IMG/VR virus record: IMGVR_UViG_3300044657_000031
Span: 1 to 28,319 of that record
DNA length: 28,319 nt
DNA from: a virus
Taxonomy: Duplodnaviria; Caudoviricetes
Reading direction: 5' to 3' (one strand)
The position numbers were made by a program, and so were the translations under genes. Shown here in pieces: positions 7,773 to 17,481 of the stretch (its first letter is position 1; every line of letters begins with the position of its first letter). A model generated the notes under the pieces. It made no database searches. It saw only the letters and a program-made list of their open reading frames with translations, and was not told the origin of the DNA.

Positions 7773-8834
7773 ATGGCTTTTACTACCGCAGCCGGGTATG
7801 GTAACCTTCCTAACGGCAATTTTAGTCCAGTAATTTACAGCAAACAGGTGCAGCTTGCGTTCCGCAAGTCAGCTGTTGCTGAAGCTATCTCAAATTCCGA
7901 CTACTTCGGTGAGATTGCTAACATGGGCGATTCCGTGAAGATTATCAAGGAACCCGAAATCACAGTCAAGGCTTACGCCCGTGGTACAACCATCACGCCG
8001 CAAGACATTGACGATGAAGACTTCAACCTGACCATCGACAAAGCTAACTACTTTGCGTTCAAGGTTGATGACATTGAAGAGGCACACTCACACGTTAACT
8101 TCCAGTCACTGGCAAGTGATCGTGCTGCGTATCGCCTTGCTGACCAGTTTGACCAAGACGTTCTTGGCTACTTGTCAGGTTACAAGCAGTCTGCTCTACA
8201 TGCAAATGCTGACACAGTAAATACAACCGTTAACGGTTCTGTTGCTGTAGCAACTGCAGGTACAGACGAACTGCTTGCCAGCATGAAGCTGGACGCAACT
8301 GACTTTGCTGGCACAGGTGTTGCTGGTCAGTCAATCTCAATCCTGCCACGTACAGGTGCAGGTGCCGTTCCAACTGGTAACGGTGAAGCAAACCCACTTC
8401 AGGTCATTGCTCGTATGTCACGTCTGCTAGACCAGCAGAATGTTGACACACAAGGCCGTTGGATGGTTGTTGATCCTGTATTCATGGAAGTTCTGAAAGA
8501 CGAAGATTCACGTCTGCTCCAAGCAGATTGGGGTGGGTCAGGTCTGCAGAACGGTTTGGCTCTTCCAAACCTGCATGGCTTCCGTGTTTACGTTTCAAAC
8601 AACTTGCCATCAATCGGCACTGGTTCGGCTACAACTGGTGGCATGAACGCCTCTAACTTTGGCGTGATTGTTGCTGGTCATGATTCATCTGTTGCAACAG
8701 CAGAGCAAATCAACAAGACCGAAACCTACCGTGACCCTGACAGCTTTGCTGACATTGTTCGTGGTATGCATTTGTATGGTCGCAAGATTCTTCGTCCTGA
8801 AGGTCTTGTTAACGCCATCTACAACTTGGCTTAA
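7773..8834 (+). CDS. Major capsid protein (HK97 fold, P22-coat-like family)
   Basis: 353 aa with a strong RBS (AGGAG) and codon usage of a highly expressed gene. Motifs include FSPVIYSKQVQLAFRK, GDSVKI, LTIDKANYFAFKVDDIE and FADIVRGMHLYGRKILRPE. Confidence 0.93.
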   Translation: MAFTTAAGYGNLPNGNFSPVIYSKQVQLAFRKSAVAEAISNSDYFGEIANMGDSVKIIKEPEITVKAYARGTTITPQDIDDEDFNLTIDKANYFAFKVDDIEEAHSHVNFQSLASDRAAYRLADQFDQDVLGYLSGYKQSALHANADTVNTTVNGSVAVATAGTDELLASMKLDATDFAGTGVAGQSISILPRTGAGAVPTGNGEANPLQVIARMSRLLDQQNVDTQGRWMVVDPVFMEVLKDEDSRLLQADWGGSGLQNGLALPNLHGFRVYVSNNLPSIGTGSATTGGMNASNFGVIVAGHDSSVATAEQINKTETYRDPDSFADIVRGMHLYGRKILRPEGLVNAIYNLA

Positions 8835-8848
8835 GGGGGGATTTAGAT

Positions 8849-9328
8849 ATGCCTAACATTACCGCACTTCTTCATCCCGCTTCAGGGAACTCACAGCGTG
8901 GACGTAACCCGTACTACGTTGATGTGACCATTGACCTGACCACAAATAGCATTGCTCCCGGCGATACTATTCAGGCAATTACCGTACCTGCTAACACTCT
9001 GATTATGGGTGCTGGCTTCCAAGTTGTTGAGTCTGCTACCATGAATACTGGTACAGATGCTACTGCTGCTCTTGGCTTCACTGGTGGTGACGTTGATGAG
9101 TTTGCCGCAGCACTCGACATTGACGGTGCATCAGACGGAGATTACGCTCCACAGGTTGCAATTGATGGACTAGCACCATCTACAACTGCTGACACAATTG
9201 ATTTTGTATTGGCTGGTAGTGGTGCATCATTTACGGCTGGTAAGCTACGTGCTTATGCCATTATGATGGACATCAGCGATCAAGGTGATACGACTGCTAA
9301 CGAAGTAGATCGTGACACCCTTGCCTAA
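8849..9328 (+). CDS. Probable capsid decoration/cement protein
   Basis: 159 aa, beta-rich, directly after the MCP and before a hairpin, with the same highly expressed codon bias. Confidence 0.6.
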   Translation: MPNITALLHPASGNSQRGRNPYYVDVTIDLTTNSIAPGDTIQAITVPANTLIMGAGFQVVESATMNTGTDATAALGFTGGDVDEFAAALDIDGASDGDYAPQVAIDGLAPSTTADTIDFVLAGSGASFTAGKLRAYAIMMDISDQGDTTANEVDRDTLA

Positions 9329-9338
9329 ATAATGTGTT

Positions 9339-9368
9339 GGGGGCAGGGCAACTTGCCCCCTCACTTCT
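9339..9368 (+). terminator. GC-rich hairpin (probable terminator/attenuator) after the capsid genes
   Basis: GGGGGCAGG-GCAA-CTTGCCCCC, with a GNRA loop and only a weak U-tract (TCACTTCT). Confidence 0.6.
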
Positions 9369-9396
9369 ATGAGATTTAATAAAGGACGCACAAATC

Positions 9397-9834
9397 ATGG
9401 CAATCACAACTGCAATGTGTAACAGCTTTAAGACAGAACTTCTTGGCGGTGTCCATGATTTGGATACTGATTCTTTGAAAATTGCTCTAATTAAAGCTAC
9501 ACCGTCTGGCACATATAATGCCAGCACAACTAATTATTCAGATGTAACTGGTAACTCTGATGAAGCATCTGGCACAAACTATACTACTGGCGGTCAGGTA
9601 CTTGATGGCGCAGCTATTTCGCTTGACAGTTCTACCGCTATTGTTGACTTTACAGACGAAGTATTTGCTGATGTTACAGTATCTGCTGACGGATGTATCA
9701 TCTATAACACAGCGGCTAGTAATGCCGCTATTGCTGTTATTGACTTCGGTGGCACAGTCAGTGCTACTGCTGGTGACTTGACTATTGAATTTCCTGCTGC
9801 TGATGCGAGTAATGCCGTTATTCGGATAGCCTAG
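9397..9834 (+). CDS. Structural protein (fibre/spike-associated family)
   Basis: 145 aa with RBS AAGGA. The pattern MAITTAMCNSFKTELL...KIAL...NYTTGG...AVIDFGG...GDLTIEFP is typical of small beta-rich phage structural proteins. Confidence 0.6.
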   Translation: MAITTAMCNSFKTELLGGVHDLDTDSLKIALIKATPSGTYNASTTNYSDVTGNSDEASGTNYTTGGQVLDGAAISLDSSTAIVDFTDEVFADVTVSADGCIIYNTAASNAAIAVIDFGGTVSATAGDLTIEFPAADASNAVIRIA

Positions 9835-9835
9835 C

Positions 9836-10669
9836 ATGTCTTTCTACGACTCCGCAGATGCTATCTATGGAGTTGCCCAATACGGAGCAGCTTCTTACGG
9901 AGTTGTAGCACCTAATGTTGCTTTAACAGGTGTAAGTGCTACAGGGTCTATTCAACCAGTAGCTACGACAGGATTTGAAATTGACCTGTCAGAGAAACTA
10001 AATAGTGTATCCGCAGTATCTACTGTAAATTCTGTAACAGTTAATATAACCGAAACACTAGCTTCTGTATCTGCTATAGGTTCTGTTGGAACTGTAAGTA
10101 TAAGCAATACGGTAACGCTATCTGGCGTTGAAGCAACAGGCACAGTTAATAGTGTAGAAGAAAAGCCTACAGAACTACTTAATAGCGTTTCAGCTACAGG
10201 TTCAATAGGAACATTATCTGTAAACTTAGCTGTTCCGGTTACGGGTGTTCAAGCAACTGGTTCTGTCAATACAGTAGAAGAAAAGCCTACAGAGGTTTTG
10301 AACAGCGTTAGTGCCACGGGTTCAATTGGTACAGTTCAACCTAACATAGATGAAAAGCCTAGCGGCGTATCTGCAACAGGCTCTATCGGTACACCACAGC
10401 CTATAGTTAGTTTTTCAATTAGCCTCACAGGTGTATCTGCTATTGCTTCATTGGGAAGCGTTGAAGCACAGACAACGGAACCTGTATCTAGTGTAAGTTC
10501 TGCTGGCTCTGTTGGAACATTAACCTTACATACAACTGCGGGTATTACTGGCGTACAAGGCACAACAACACTAGGAACAATTACAAGAACTGCTGTAATA
10601 TTCAATTTCCAAGCTGTAGCTAATCAATACAGTCGTGCTAGAACAATTAAGATACCACGAGCAGCATAA
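9836..10669 (+). CDS. Repetitive S/T/V/G-rich fibre-like structural protein
   Basis: 277 aa with about 11 imperfect repeats of about 20 aa, of the form (L/V)xGVSATGSIGTV. Confidence 0.6.
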   Translation: MSFYDSADAIYGVAQYGAASYGVVAPNVALTGVSATGSIQPVATTGFEIDLSEKLNSVSAVSTVNSVTVNITETLASVSAIGSVGTVSISNTVTLSGVEATGTVNSVEEKPTELLNSVSATGSIGTLSVNLAVPVTGVQATGSVNTVEEKPTEVLNSVSATGSIGTVQPNIDEKPSGVSATGSIGTPQPIVSFSISLTGVSAIASLGSVEAQTTEPVSSVSSAGSVGTLTLHTTAGITGVQGTTTLGTITRTAVIFNFQAVANQYSRARTIKIPRAA

Positions 10670-10848
10670 TGAGTACAGCAGCAGAAAGAACAATAGACAT
10701 ACCGTTTGAAAGTAGGAAAGTGTATATTCCTCGTGGTACAACTTCAGATGACAGGACGGTACTGATAAAGTTTGAAAGCAGAACTGTTTATATAGAAAGA
10801 CAATCTACATCTGCTGAACGTACTGTGACGGTAACGGAGTTATATTAA
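10669..10848 (+). CDS. Small repeat protein missing from the ORF track (59 aa, MSTAAERTIDIPFESRKVYIPRG...)
   Basis: The ATG overlaps the upstream stop (TAATG) and the ORF ends directly before the ATG at 10849, filling the gap exactly. It has an internal repeat (FESRKVYI/FESRTVYI). Confidence 0.8.
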   Translation: MSTAAERTIDIPFESRKVYIPRGTTSDDRTVLIKFESRTVYIERQSTSAERTVTVTELY

Positions 10849-11193
10849 ATGTCATATCGCTGGCCTATTAAAGACAAAGACGAAACACTTGACTACAGTG
10901 TTGACTGGTCACGCTTTCTTGATACAGCAACAATTAGTTCTGTACAGTGGCATGTGCAAACAGACAATATAGGTAAAACACTCCTTGCATCTGGGCAAGA
11001 CTTAACTACTGCTTCAGGTGGCGCAGTTACCGACAGTATTCAGAATGTTTCTCAATCAAACACATCAACAGTAGCTACAATTAATCTTGGCAGCGGTGTT
11101 AATAATCGGGAATATACATTTACGTGTCGTATGACAGATAGCACAGGCAGTACTGCAGAGCGTACTATTAAACTACGTATTAGGGAGAAGTAG
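10849..11193 (+). CDS. Probable fibre adaptor/base protein
   Basis: 114 aa with RBS GGAG. It has the KDKDETLDYSVDWSRFL motif and an Ig-like strand pattern ending YTFTCRMTDSTGSTAERTIKLRIREK. Confidence 0.55.
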   Translation: MSYRWPIKDKDETLDYSVDWSRFLDTATISSVQWHVQTDNIGKTLLASGQDLTTASGGAVTDSIQNVSQSNTSTVATINLGSGVNNREYTFTCRMTDSTGSTAERTIKLRIREK

Positions 11194-11198
11194 ACCAT

Positions 11199-11939
11199 AT
11201 GGCTTATGAATTTCTTGGTCTAGTAAATGACATTAATAGACGTTTAAATGAAGTTGAACTAACTTCTGCAAACTTTGCTACTGCTGCAGGATTTTATGGG
11301 CAAGCAAAAGATGCAGTCAATGCTTCAATTCGTTACATCAATCAGTCACAGTATGAGTGGCCCTATAATCATGTAGAACAAGAGGATATCCTATCTGTTG
11401 GTGTATCACGTTATCCTTTTCCTGTAGACTGCAAAGTAATTGATTTTGACACTTTTAGAATTAAAGAAGATACTACATTAGGTAACAACACAGTTAAATT
11501 ACCTATTTTATCTTACGAAGAATATCTTGACAAGTTTGTAGATCAAGAGTATAATAGTGCTTCAACAACTGTAGGACAGGGTGTTCCTCAGTTTGTATCA
11601 CAAGCACCATCACTTGAGTATATTGTAACTCCTACGCCTGACAAGGCATACAAACTTATTTACGAATATTATCGTATTCCTGTAGACTTAGAATTATTTG
11701 ATGATGTACCGGGTATTCCAGAACGCTTTAGACATATCATTGTAGACGGTGCAATGCACTACGCTTATCTTTTCCGTGGTAATACACAAGATGCTTTGGT
11801 AGCTAAAGAAAAGTTTGAAGAAGGCATTACACATATGAAGTCTATGCTAATTAATCGCTATACTTATGTGCGTTCTTACCTCATTCAGCAGAACACTGGT
11901 GGCGGTGGTAGAACAGGATACTCAAGGCTTCCTCTGTAA
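11199..11939 (+). CDS. Tail adaptor / tail tubular protein A-like
   Basis: 246 aa: FLGLVNDINRRLNE...PTPDKAY...IPERFRHIIVDGA. It sits before the nozzle gene. Confidence 0.75.
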   Translation: MAYEFLGLVNDINRRLNEVELTSANFATAAGFYGQAKDAVNASIRYINQSQYEWPYNHVEQEDILSVGVSRYPFPVDCKVIDFDTFRIKEDTTLGNNTVKLPILSYEEYLDKFVDQEYNSASTTVGQGVPQFVSQAPSLEYIVTPTPDKAYKLIYEYYRIPVDLELFDDVPGIPERFRHIIVDGAMHYAYLFRGNTQDALVAKEKFEEGITHMKSMLINRYTYVRSYLIQQNTGGGGRTGYSRLPL

Positions 11940-14116
11940 TGGACAAATGGCAAACTTATCCCGTAGAATTTCGTGGTGGCCTAGTAACAAATTTAAGTCC
12001 TTTACAACAGGGCATAAATGCACCCGGTTCTGCTCGTATTCTTCGTAACTTTGAACCATCTGTTGAGGGTGGTTACAGGCGCATTGAAGGATACGATAAG
12101 TATGACAGCTATATTATTCCACCCTATGGTGATCCTGTTGTACATGGTGATGGTCAGAGTGGCACAGGTTTAATACTTGGTGCAATACACACTACACCAG
12201 AAGCAGGAGATGGATTATCCTTAGATGGTGGTGCAGTAGAAGGTGCAGCACAGACAGGTACAAGCCTAGACGTAGATGGTTTAGATGTAGCACCATCAGC
12301 AAGCGACACGTTTACTATTGCAGGTGACACAACAGTATACACAGTCAGCGCAGCAACGGCTCTTGTAGGTACATCATCTACACTGACTATAACACCAGCA
12401 ATAACAGTAGCACCTGCAGATGATGCGGTTCTGTCATTTAGATATACGATTGCATCAGGTGGTGTATCTTTTGATGCTACAAATAACAGAGTAACACTTA
12501 CGCTAGACCAGACAATGGTGGTTAATCCATCAAATGCAGACGTAGTTACTTTTGTAAGCACAGTAACAGACTATCGTGCCATTGGTGTAGCAAGCTGGGA
12601 AGACCAAGCAATTGTAGCAAAGAACGCAGATGTATTTAAAACATCAGGTAGCGGTTTTACAAAGATAAATGTCTATGACTATGGCGCACCACTTGTAGAC
12701 GGTGCAGCACAAACAGGAAGCAGCCTAGTTGTAGATGGCATTACAGGCATACCACAAGCTGGTGACGTGCTTAAGATTGCAGGCATTGACCTTGTATATA
12801 CACTAACAGCAGATGCAGTAGTGACAAGTGGAGCAGCTACATTAGCAATTGATCCCTCACTTGCAAGTAGCCCAGCAGATGATGCTGTAATTACATTTAT
12901 CTCTATCAATAGAGAAGGCGCATCTAAAGTACGGTTCGCTAAATATAACTTTAATGGCACTGAAAAGATAGCAATAGTGGATGGTGCTAATGTACCAGCA
13001 TTGTATGACAATAATGATTTTATCGCACTTAATAGCGCACCAACAGATGTAGTAAGTGCTACACATGTAGCAGAACATAAGAAATCATTATTCTTTGGTA
13101 AAGGTACTACACTTTCATTTACAGCACCATATGCTGATGACAGCTTTGATGTAGCGGCAGGTGCAGGTTCTATTAATGTAGGCGGTACAATAACAGGACT
13201 GGTTGTTTTTCGTAATCAGCTTATGATCTTTACAGAGAAAAACATTCAGCAGTTACTTGGTAATACCATTGCAGACTTTAATCTGCAGCCAATCACAAGA
13301 GATATAGGTTGCCTTGAAGGCGACACAATCCAAGAGATTGGCGGGGATGTAATGTTCCTTGCACCAGATGGGTTAAGACTATTAAGTGCAACAGAACGAA
13401 TTGGTGACTTTGGGCTTGCTGCAGTATCTAAAGTTATTCAGCCAAACATGACTGGGTTTATTGCGGCAAACACAAACTTTACTAGCTGTGTAATTCGTGA
13501 GAAGTCACAATACAGAATACTAGGCTTTAACACTAATACTACACAAGAAAATGCTCAAGGCATTATTGCTACACAGTTTGCCGAACAAGGCGGTGCTAAT
13601 ACAGGGTTTGCAGAAACACGTGGCATACGTGCTTATGTAGCAGACAGTAATTATAATGAAGCTGTAGAAGTTGTACTGTTTGCAAATGACGATGGCTACT
13701 TGTATCAGATGGAGTCGGGCAATAGTTTTGATGGACTCAATATTCAAACTACATTTGCTACACCGCATCTGCCAATTCAAGACCCACGAGTACGTAAGAC
13801 ATTTTACAAATTATTTCTTTACACAGACCCACAAGGTAGTGTAAACTTTGATGTAAGTCTTAAACTAGATTTTGATACACAAGGAACTATTCAACCTGCT
13901 CCAATTAGCTTTGCCAATACATCCGGTGTTGTGGGTTTTTACGGAGTAGGCACATTCGGAACAACAAGCTATGGAACAAAACTACTGAAACTATTTGAAA
14001 CACAGATTATAGGTTCAGGATTTGCCGTTTCATTCCAATTTGAATCAGACGGAACAGACCCACCATTTTCACTTGATGCAGTTACAGTTGAATATGGTAT
14101 TCATGACAGAAGGTAG
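11939..14116 (+). CDS. Tail nozzle / tail tubular protein B-like, with inserted beta-barrel repeats
   Basis: 725 aa with an N-terminal FRGGL...NFEPSVEGGYRRIEG and a beta-propeller-like body (ITGLVVFRNQLMIF, GCLEGDTIQEIGGDVMFLAPDGLR). It carries three copies of a roughly 70-aa inserted domain. Confidence 0.78.
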   Translation: MDKWQTYPVEFRGGLVTNLSPLQQGINAPGSARILRNFEPSVEGGYRRIEGYDKYDSYIIPPYGDPVVHGDGQSGTGLILGAIHTTPEAGDGLSLDGGAVEGAAQTGTSLDVDGLDVAPSASDTFTIAGDTTVYTVSAATALVGTSSTLTITPAITVAPADDAVLSFRYTIASGGVSFDATNNRVTLTLDQTMVVNPSNADVVTFVSTVTDYRAIGVASWEDQAIVAKNADVFKTSGSGFTKINVYDYGAPLVDGAAQTGSSLVVDGITGIPQAGDVLKIAGIDLVYTLTADAVVTSGAATLAIDPSLASSPADDAVITFISINREGASKVRFAKYNFNGTEKIAIVDGANVPALYDNNDFIALNSAPTDVVSATHVAEHKKSLFFGKGTTLSFTAPYADDSFDVAAGAGSINVGGTITGLVVFRNQLMIFTEKNIQQLLGNTIADFNLQPITRDIGCLEGDTIQEIGGDVMFLAPDGLRLLSATERIGDFGLAAVSKVIQPNMTGFIAANTNFTSCVIREKSQYRILGFNTNTTQENAQGIIATQFAEQGGANTGFAETRGIRAYVADSNYNEAVEVVLFANDDGYLYQMESGNSFDGLNIQTTFATPHLPIQDPRVRKTFYKLFLYTDPQGSVNFDVSLKLDFDTQGTIQPAPISFANTSGVVGFYGVGTFGTTSYGTKLLKLFETQIIGSGFAVSFQFESDGTDPPFSLDAVTVEYGIHDRR

Positions 14117-14124
14117 AGGACACT

Positions 14125-16887
14125 ATGGGTACAGGCTACACACGTAACGATGTCAGTAATAACATTGCTGATGGCAATATTATCAATGCGTCAGACCTTG
14201 ATGGTGAATTTGATGCGGTAGAATCCGCATTTAACTCATCCACAGGTCACACGCACGATGGCACAGCCGCAGAAGGTGGAGCAATCACAGTTGTTGGTCC
14301 AGTACAAGACCTTGTTGTAAGTGCCACAGAAGTTAAACCAAAGACTACAAATACACTTGACTTGGGTACATCGGCTTTGCTGTACAAAGATGCATATCTG
14401 CAAGGCAATATGTATTTCCGTGATACTGCACTAAAGATTGTATCTAGTGCAGATGGTCAACTTGATATTGATGCCGATGTTGAACTGGAACTTGTAGCCC
14501 CCACAGTTGACATTGATGCCTCTACTGCTTTGACTGTTGACACTGCCTCTACCACATTTACCTCTACTGTATTTAATGTTACAGGTTCCGCTAATATTAC
14601 AGGTGACCTTGATGTAGATAATATTAACATCAACGGTAACACCATTATTAGTACAGACACCAACGGTGCTATTAACGTAACGCCTAATGGAACTGGTGCA
14701 GTTAATATTACAGCAACAACGAATATCACAGGTGACCTTGACGTTGATAATATCAACATCAATGGTAATACAATTATTAGTACGGACACTAACGGTGACA
14801 TTAACATATCACCAGATGGAACTGGTACTGTTGTAATTGATACTGACCTTGATGTAGATAATATTAATGTAAATGGCAATACCGTTTCATCAACAGACAC
14901 TAACGGTGATATTAATTTGTCGCCTAACGGTACAGGCACAGTAGTTATTAACACTGACCTAGACGTTGACAACATCAACATTGATGGCAATACCATTATC
15001 AGTACAGATACTAATGGCAACATTGCCCTAACACCTAATGGTACAGGCGAGGTGGACATTAGCAAGGTGGACATTGACAGTGGTGCTATTGATGGCACGA
15101 CCATCGGTGCATCTTCTGCTGCCGCAATTACAGGTACTACAATTACTGGTACATCCTTTGTGTCATCAGGGGATATGACCTTCGGCGACAACGACAAGAT
15201 TTTGCTAGGAGATTCTAATGACTTGCAGATTTACCACAATGGCCTTGACAGTTACATTCTTGATGGTGGCACAGGCGACTTAAACATTCGTGGTCAAACC
15301 AATGTTAGATTAAGTAATGCCGCTGGAACTAACTATTTTCAAGGAAGTAATGGTGCAGAAGCAAGGGTGTATTATGCTGGCTCGACTAAACTGCAAACCA
15401 CCGCCACAGGCATTGATGTCACAGGCACAGTGACGGCTGATGGGCTGACGGTTGATACAAATACTCTGCACGTTGATGCGGCAAATAATCGTGTTGGTAT
15501 TGGGACGAGTTCGCCTTCTGACAAGCTGTCGTTGGAGGTAGGGGCGGCAAACGCTGGTTTGAGCGTTTATTACTCTGGAACAGAAGTTGGCTCTTTTAGA
15601 AGTGATGCGGGTAACCTGACCATCAACGCTAATAATGCAAGCCTAAAATTTGCCACTGGCGGCAATGAACGTATGCGCATCGACTCATCAGGCAACGTAG
15701 GTATTGGGACGAGTACAATGGACCAAAAGATAGTAGTTGATGTCAATAGTTCAACTACTACTCAATCCTCCTTTAATGGCATAACCATTGGAAATAGCAA
15801 TACAACGGCAAACAATGGATGTGCAATTGCTTTCTCACAAAGCAGTTCAAATGGTAATTCATTTTCACGCATTGGTGTTATAAACAAAGATAGAACAGCA
15901 AGTTCTGAAGACCAAGATATGTTCTTTGGAACAATTGGTGCTGGTGCTTATGCAGAACGCATGCGCATCGACAGCAGCGGAAAAGTGGGCATCGGGACTG
16001 CTTCGCCTCAAGAACAGATTCACAGCTACGCCGGTGGTTCAAACGCACTGCGTGTGTCTGGTGGTGCAAACAACAACAAAAAAGTGGAAATTGGTTACGA
16101 CAATACAAATGGACCTTATATCAAGGCAGGGAGTAGTGGTGAAACTGGTCTACAGTTTTATGTTGATAACACAAGTCTGGCAGCGACCATCGACAACACC
16201 GGCAAGGTTGGCATTGGGACGAGTCCATTAGCAAAATTGCATACTTATGGTGCTGATGCGTTAATGCGTCTTGACGACACAAATGGCGGTGTAAGTTTTT
16301 TCGGACACGATTCTACTGGTGCATATTGGAGAACATTTACTACAGATACGCACCGCTTTTTGAGAGCGAGTGGTACTGAGAGTATGCGCATCACATCAGC
16401 GGGTGGCGTTGCTATAGGAACATCATCACCCATATCTGGCGTGATGCTTGATGTCCGTCCTACCAGTACCACTAGAATTATGAACACTAGAAGTTTCGAC
16501 ACATCATTTCAATATCACCACGCTTTTGAAAACAACTCTGGAACGCTTGTTGGTTCTATTGGTGTTAGTACAACAGCTACAACCTACGCCGTTTCATCAG
16601 ATTACCGCCTCAAAGAAAACGTAACGGCAACTTGGGACGCAACCACACGCCTAAAGCAACTCAACCCTGTGCGCTTTAACTTTATCGCTGACGCAGATAC
16701 TACAGTCGATGGTTTCCTTGCCCACGAGGTACAGGACATCGTGCCAGAGGCTATCACCGGCACTAAGGATGCAGTAGATGACGATGGCAATCCTGTATAT
16801 CAGGGCATTGACCAGAGTAAGCTAGTGCCACTGTTGGTTAAGACTATTCAAGAATTAGAAGCCCGCATCACAGCATTAGAAGCCTAA
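14125..16887 (+). CDS. Tail fibre/spike with a C-terminal peptidase S74 intramolecular chaperone
   Basis: 920 aa with an N-terminal virion anchor (IADGNIINASDLDGEFDAVESAF) and ERMRIDSSGNVGIGT repeats. The C-terminus SSDYRLKENV...GFLAHEVQDIVPEA...IDQSKLVPLLVKTIQELEARITALE is the S74 autocleaving domain. Confidence 0.9.
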   Translation: MGTGYTRNDVSNNIADGNIINASDLDGEFDAVESAFNSSTGHTHDGTAAEGGAITVVGPVQDLVVSATEVKPKTTNTLDLGTSALLYKDAYLQGNMYFRDTALKIVSSADGQLDIDADVELELVAPTVDIDASTALTVDTASTTFTSTVFNVTGSANITGDLDVDNININGNTIISTDTNGAINVTPNGTGAVNITATTNITGDLDVDNININGNTIISTDTNGDINISPDGTGTVVIDTDLDVDNINVNGNTVSSTDTNGDINLSPNGTGTVVINTDLDVDNINIDGNTIISTDTNGNIALTPNGTGEVDISKVDIDSGAIDGTTIGASSAAAITGTTITGTSFVSSGDMTFGDNDKILLGDSNDLQIYHNGLDSYILDGGTGDLNIRGQTNVRLSNAAGTNYFQGSNGAEARVYYAGSTKLQTTATGIDVTGTVTADGLTVDTNTLHVDAANNRVGIGTSSPSDKLSLEVGAANAGLSVYYSGTEVGSFRSDAGNLTINANNASLKFATGGNERMRIDSSGNVGIGTSTMDQKIVVDVNSSTTTQSSFNGITIGNSNTTANNGCAIAFSQSSSNGNSFSRIGVINKDRTASSEDQDMFFGTIGAGAYAERMRIDSSGKVGIGTASPQEQIHSYAGGSNALRVSGGANNNKKVEIGYDNTNGPYIKAGSSGETGLQFYVDNTSLAATIDNTGKVGIGTSPLAKLHTYGADALMRLDDTNGGVSFFGHDSTGAYWRTFTTDTHRFLRASGTESMRITSAGGVAIGTSSPISGVMLDVRPTSTTRIMNTRSFDTSFQYHHAFENNSGTLVGSIGVSTTATTYAVSSDYRLKENVTATWDATTRLKQLNPVRFNFIADADTTVDGFLAHEVQDIVPEAITGTKDAVDDDGNPVYQGIDQSKLVPLLVKTIQELEARITALEA
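14596..15060 (+). repeat. Four tandem repeats of about 37-43 aa in the tail fibre (DLDVDNININGNTIISTDTNG...PNGTG)
   Basis: The repeats are visible in both protein and DNA (gaccttgatgtagataatattaa... near 14605, 14734, 14845 and 14956). Confidence 0.85.
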
Positions 16888-16899
16888 AGGAGATACTAG

Positions 16900-17247
16900 A
16901 TGGCTAATACATATACTTGGGATTACCCAACACTAGACACAGTACCGACTGAAGATAGTCTTACTGATGTAATTAAGACAATCCACTGGCGCATCACCGC
17001 TGTCAGTGACAGTGAAACAGATGATGATGGTAATGCTATTTCCGCATCAATGTATGGCACTGCAAGCGCAGGTGAAGTTGACCCAGATAACTTTGTTGCA
17101 TTCGATAGTGTAACAAAAGACTGGTGCAAAACTAAGGTGCTTGATTCACTAAGTCAGACAGAGGCTGAAGTGGAAGCAACTCTAGACAGTCAGATTGATA
17201 GCCTTGCAAACCCCCCGATGGTTCAAAAAGTACCTGCTGGGTGGTAA
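16900..17247 (+). CDS. Tail-fibre-associated small protein (possible chaperone or tip)
   Basis: 115 aa with RBS AGGAG. The TYTW...VIKTIHW...FVAFDSVTKDWCKTKV...VPAGW pattern is commonly found after fibre genes in marine phages. Confidence 0.55.
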   Translation: MANTYTWDYPTLDTVPTEDSLTDVIKTIHWRITAVSDSETDDDGNAISASMYGTASAGEVDPDNFVAFDSVTKDWCKTKVLDSLSQTEAEVEATLDSQIDSLANPPMVQKVPAGW

Positions 17248-17250
17248 GCA

Positions 17251-17478
17251 ATGGAAATGACCAGCCTCATTGACACACTCATCGGCCTGTTCGTGGCTGG
17301 TCTTGCTTGGTTCCTGTCTGAACAGAACAAGGAAACAAAGCGTATCGGCATCCTTTTGAACAAGACACGTGAGGAATATGCAACTCGCATGGAACTCCGT
17401 GATGACATGAGTAAGGTCATGGATGCGTTGCACAGGGTAGAAGATAAGCTAGATAAAGTATTGAGTAGGGAATTGTAA
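17251..17478 (+). CDS. Small membrane protein (one TM helix plus coiled coil; holin-like candidate)
   Basis: 75 aa: hydrophobic LIDTLIGLFVAGLAWFL followed by the coiled coil ...LHRVEDKLDKVL. Confidence 0.5.
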   Translation: MEMTSLIDTLIGLFVAGLAWFLSEQNKETKRIGILLNKTREEYATRMELRDDMSKVMDALHRVEDKLDKVLSREL

Positions 17479-17481
17479 TCA

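Noticed and set aside
8810-8851. Possible T7 10A/10B-style -1 frameshift fusing the MCP to the next gene
   Set aside because: The -1 frame is open only from 8813 and there is no slippery heptamer before the MCP stop. The G6 run lies after the stop and is better explained as an RBS.
14596-15060. Regularly spaced DNA repeats as a CRISPR array or DGR template/variable repeats
   Set aside because: The repeats are in-frame coding units diverged at synonymous sites. There are no unique spacers, no adenine-specific pattern and no reverse transcriptase in the window.
14457-15197. A 246-aa antisense ORF, and many other - strand ORFs inside the structural genes
   Set aside because: These are shadow frames of real + strand genes, caused by codon bias and repeats. 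They have no RBS or recognisable motifs.
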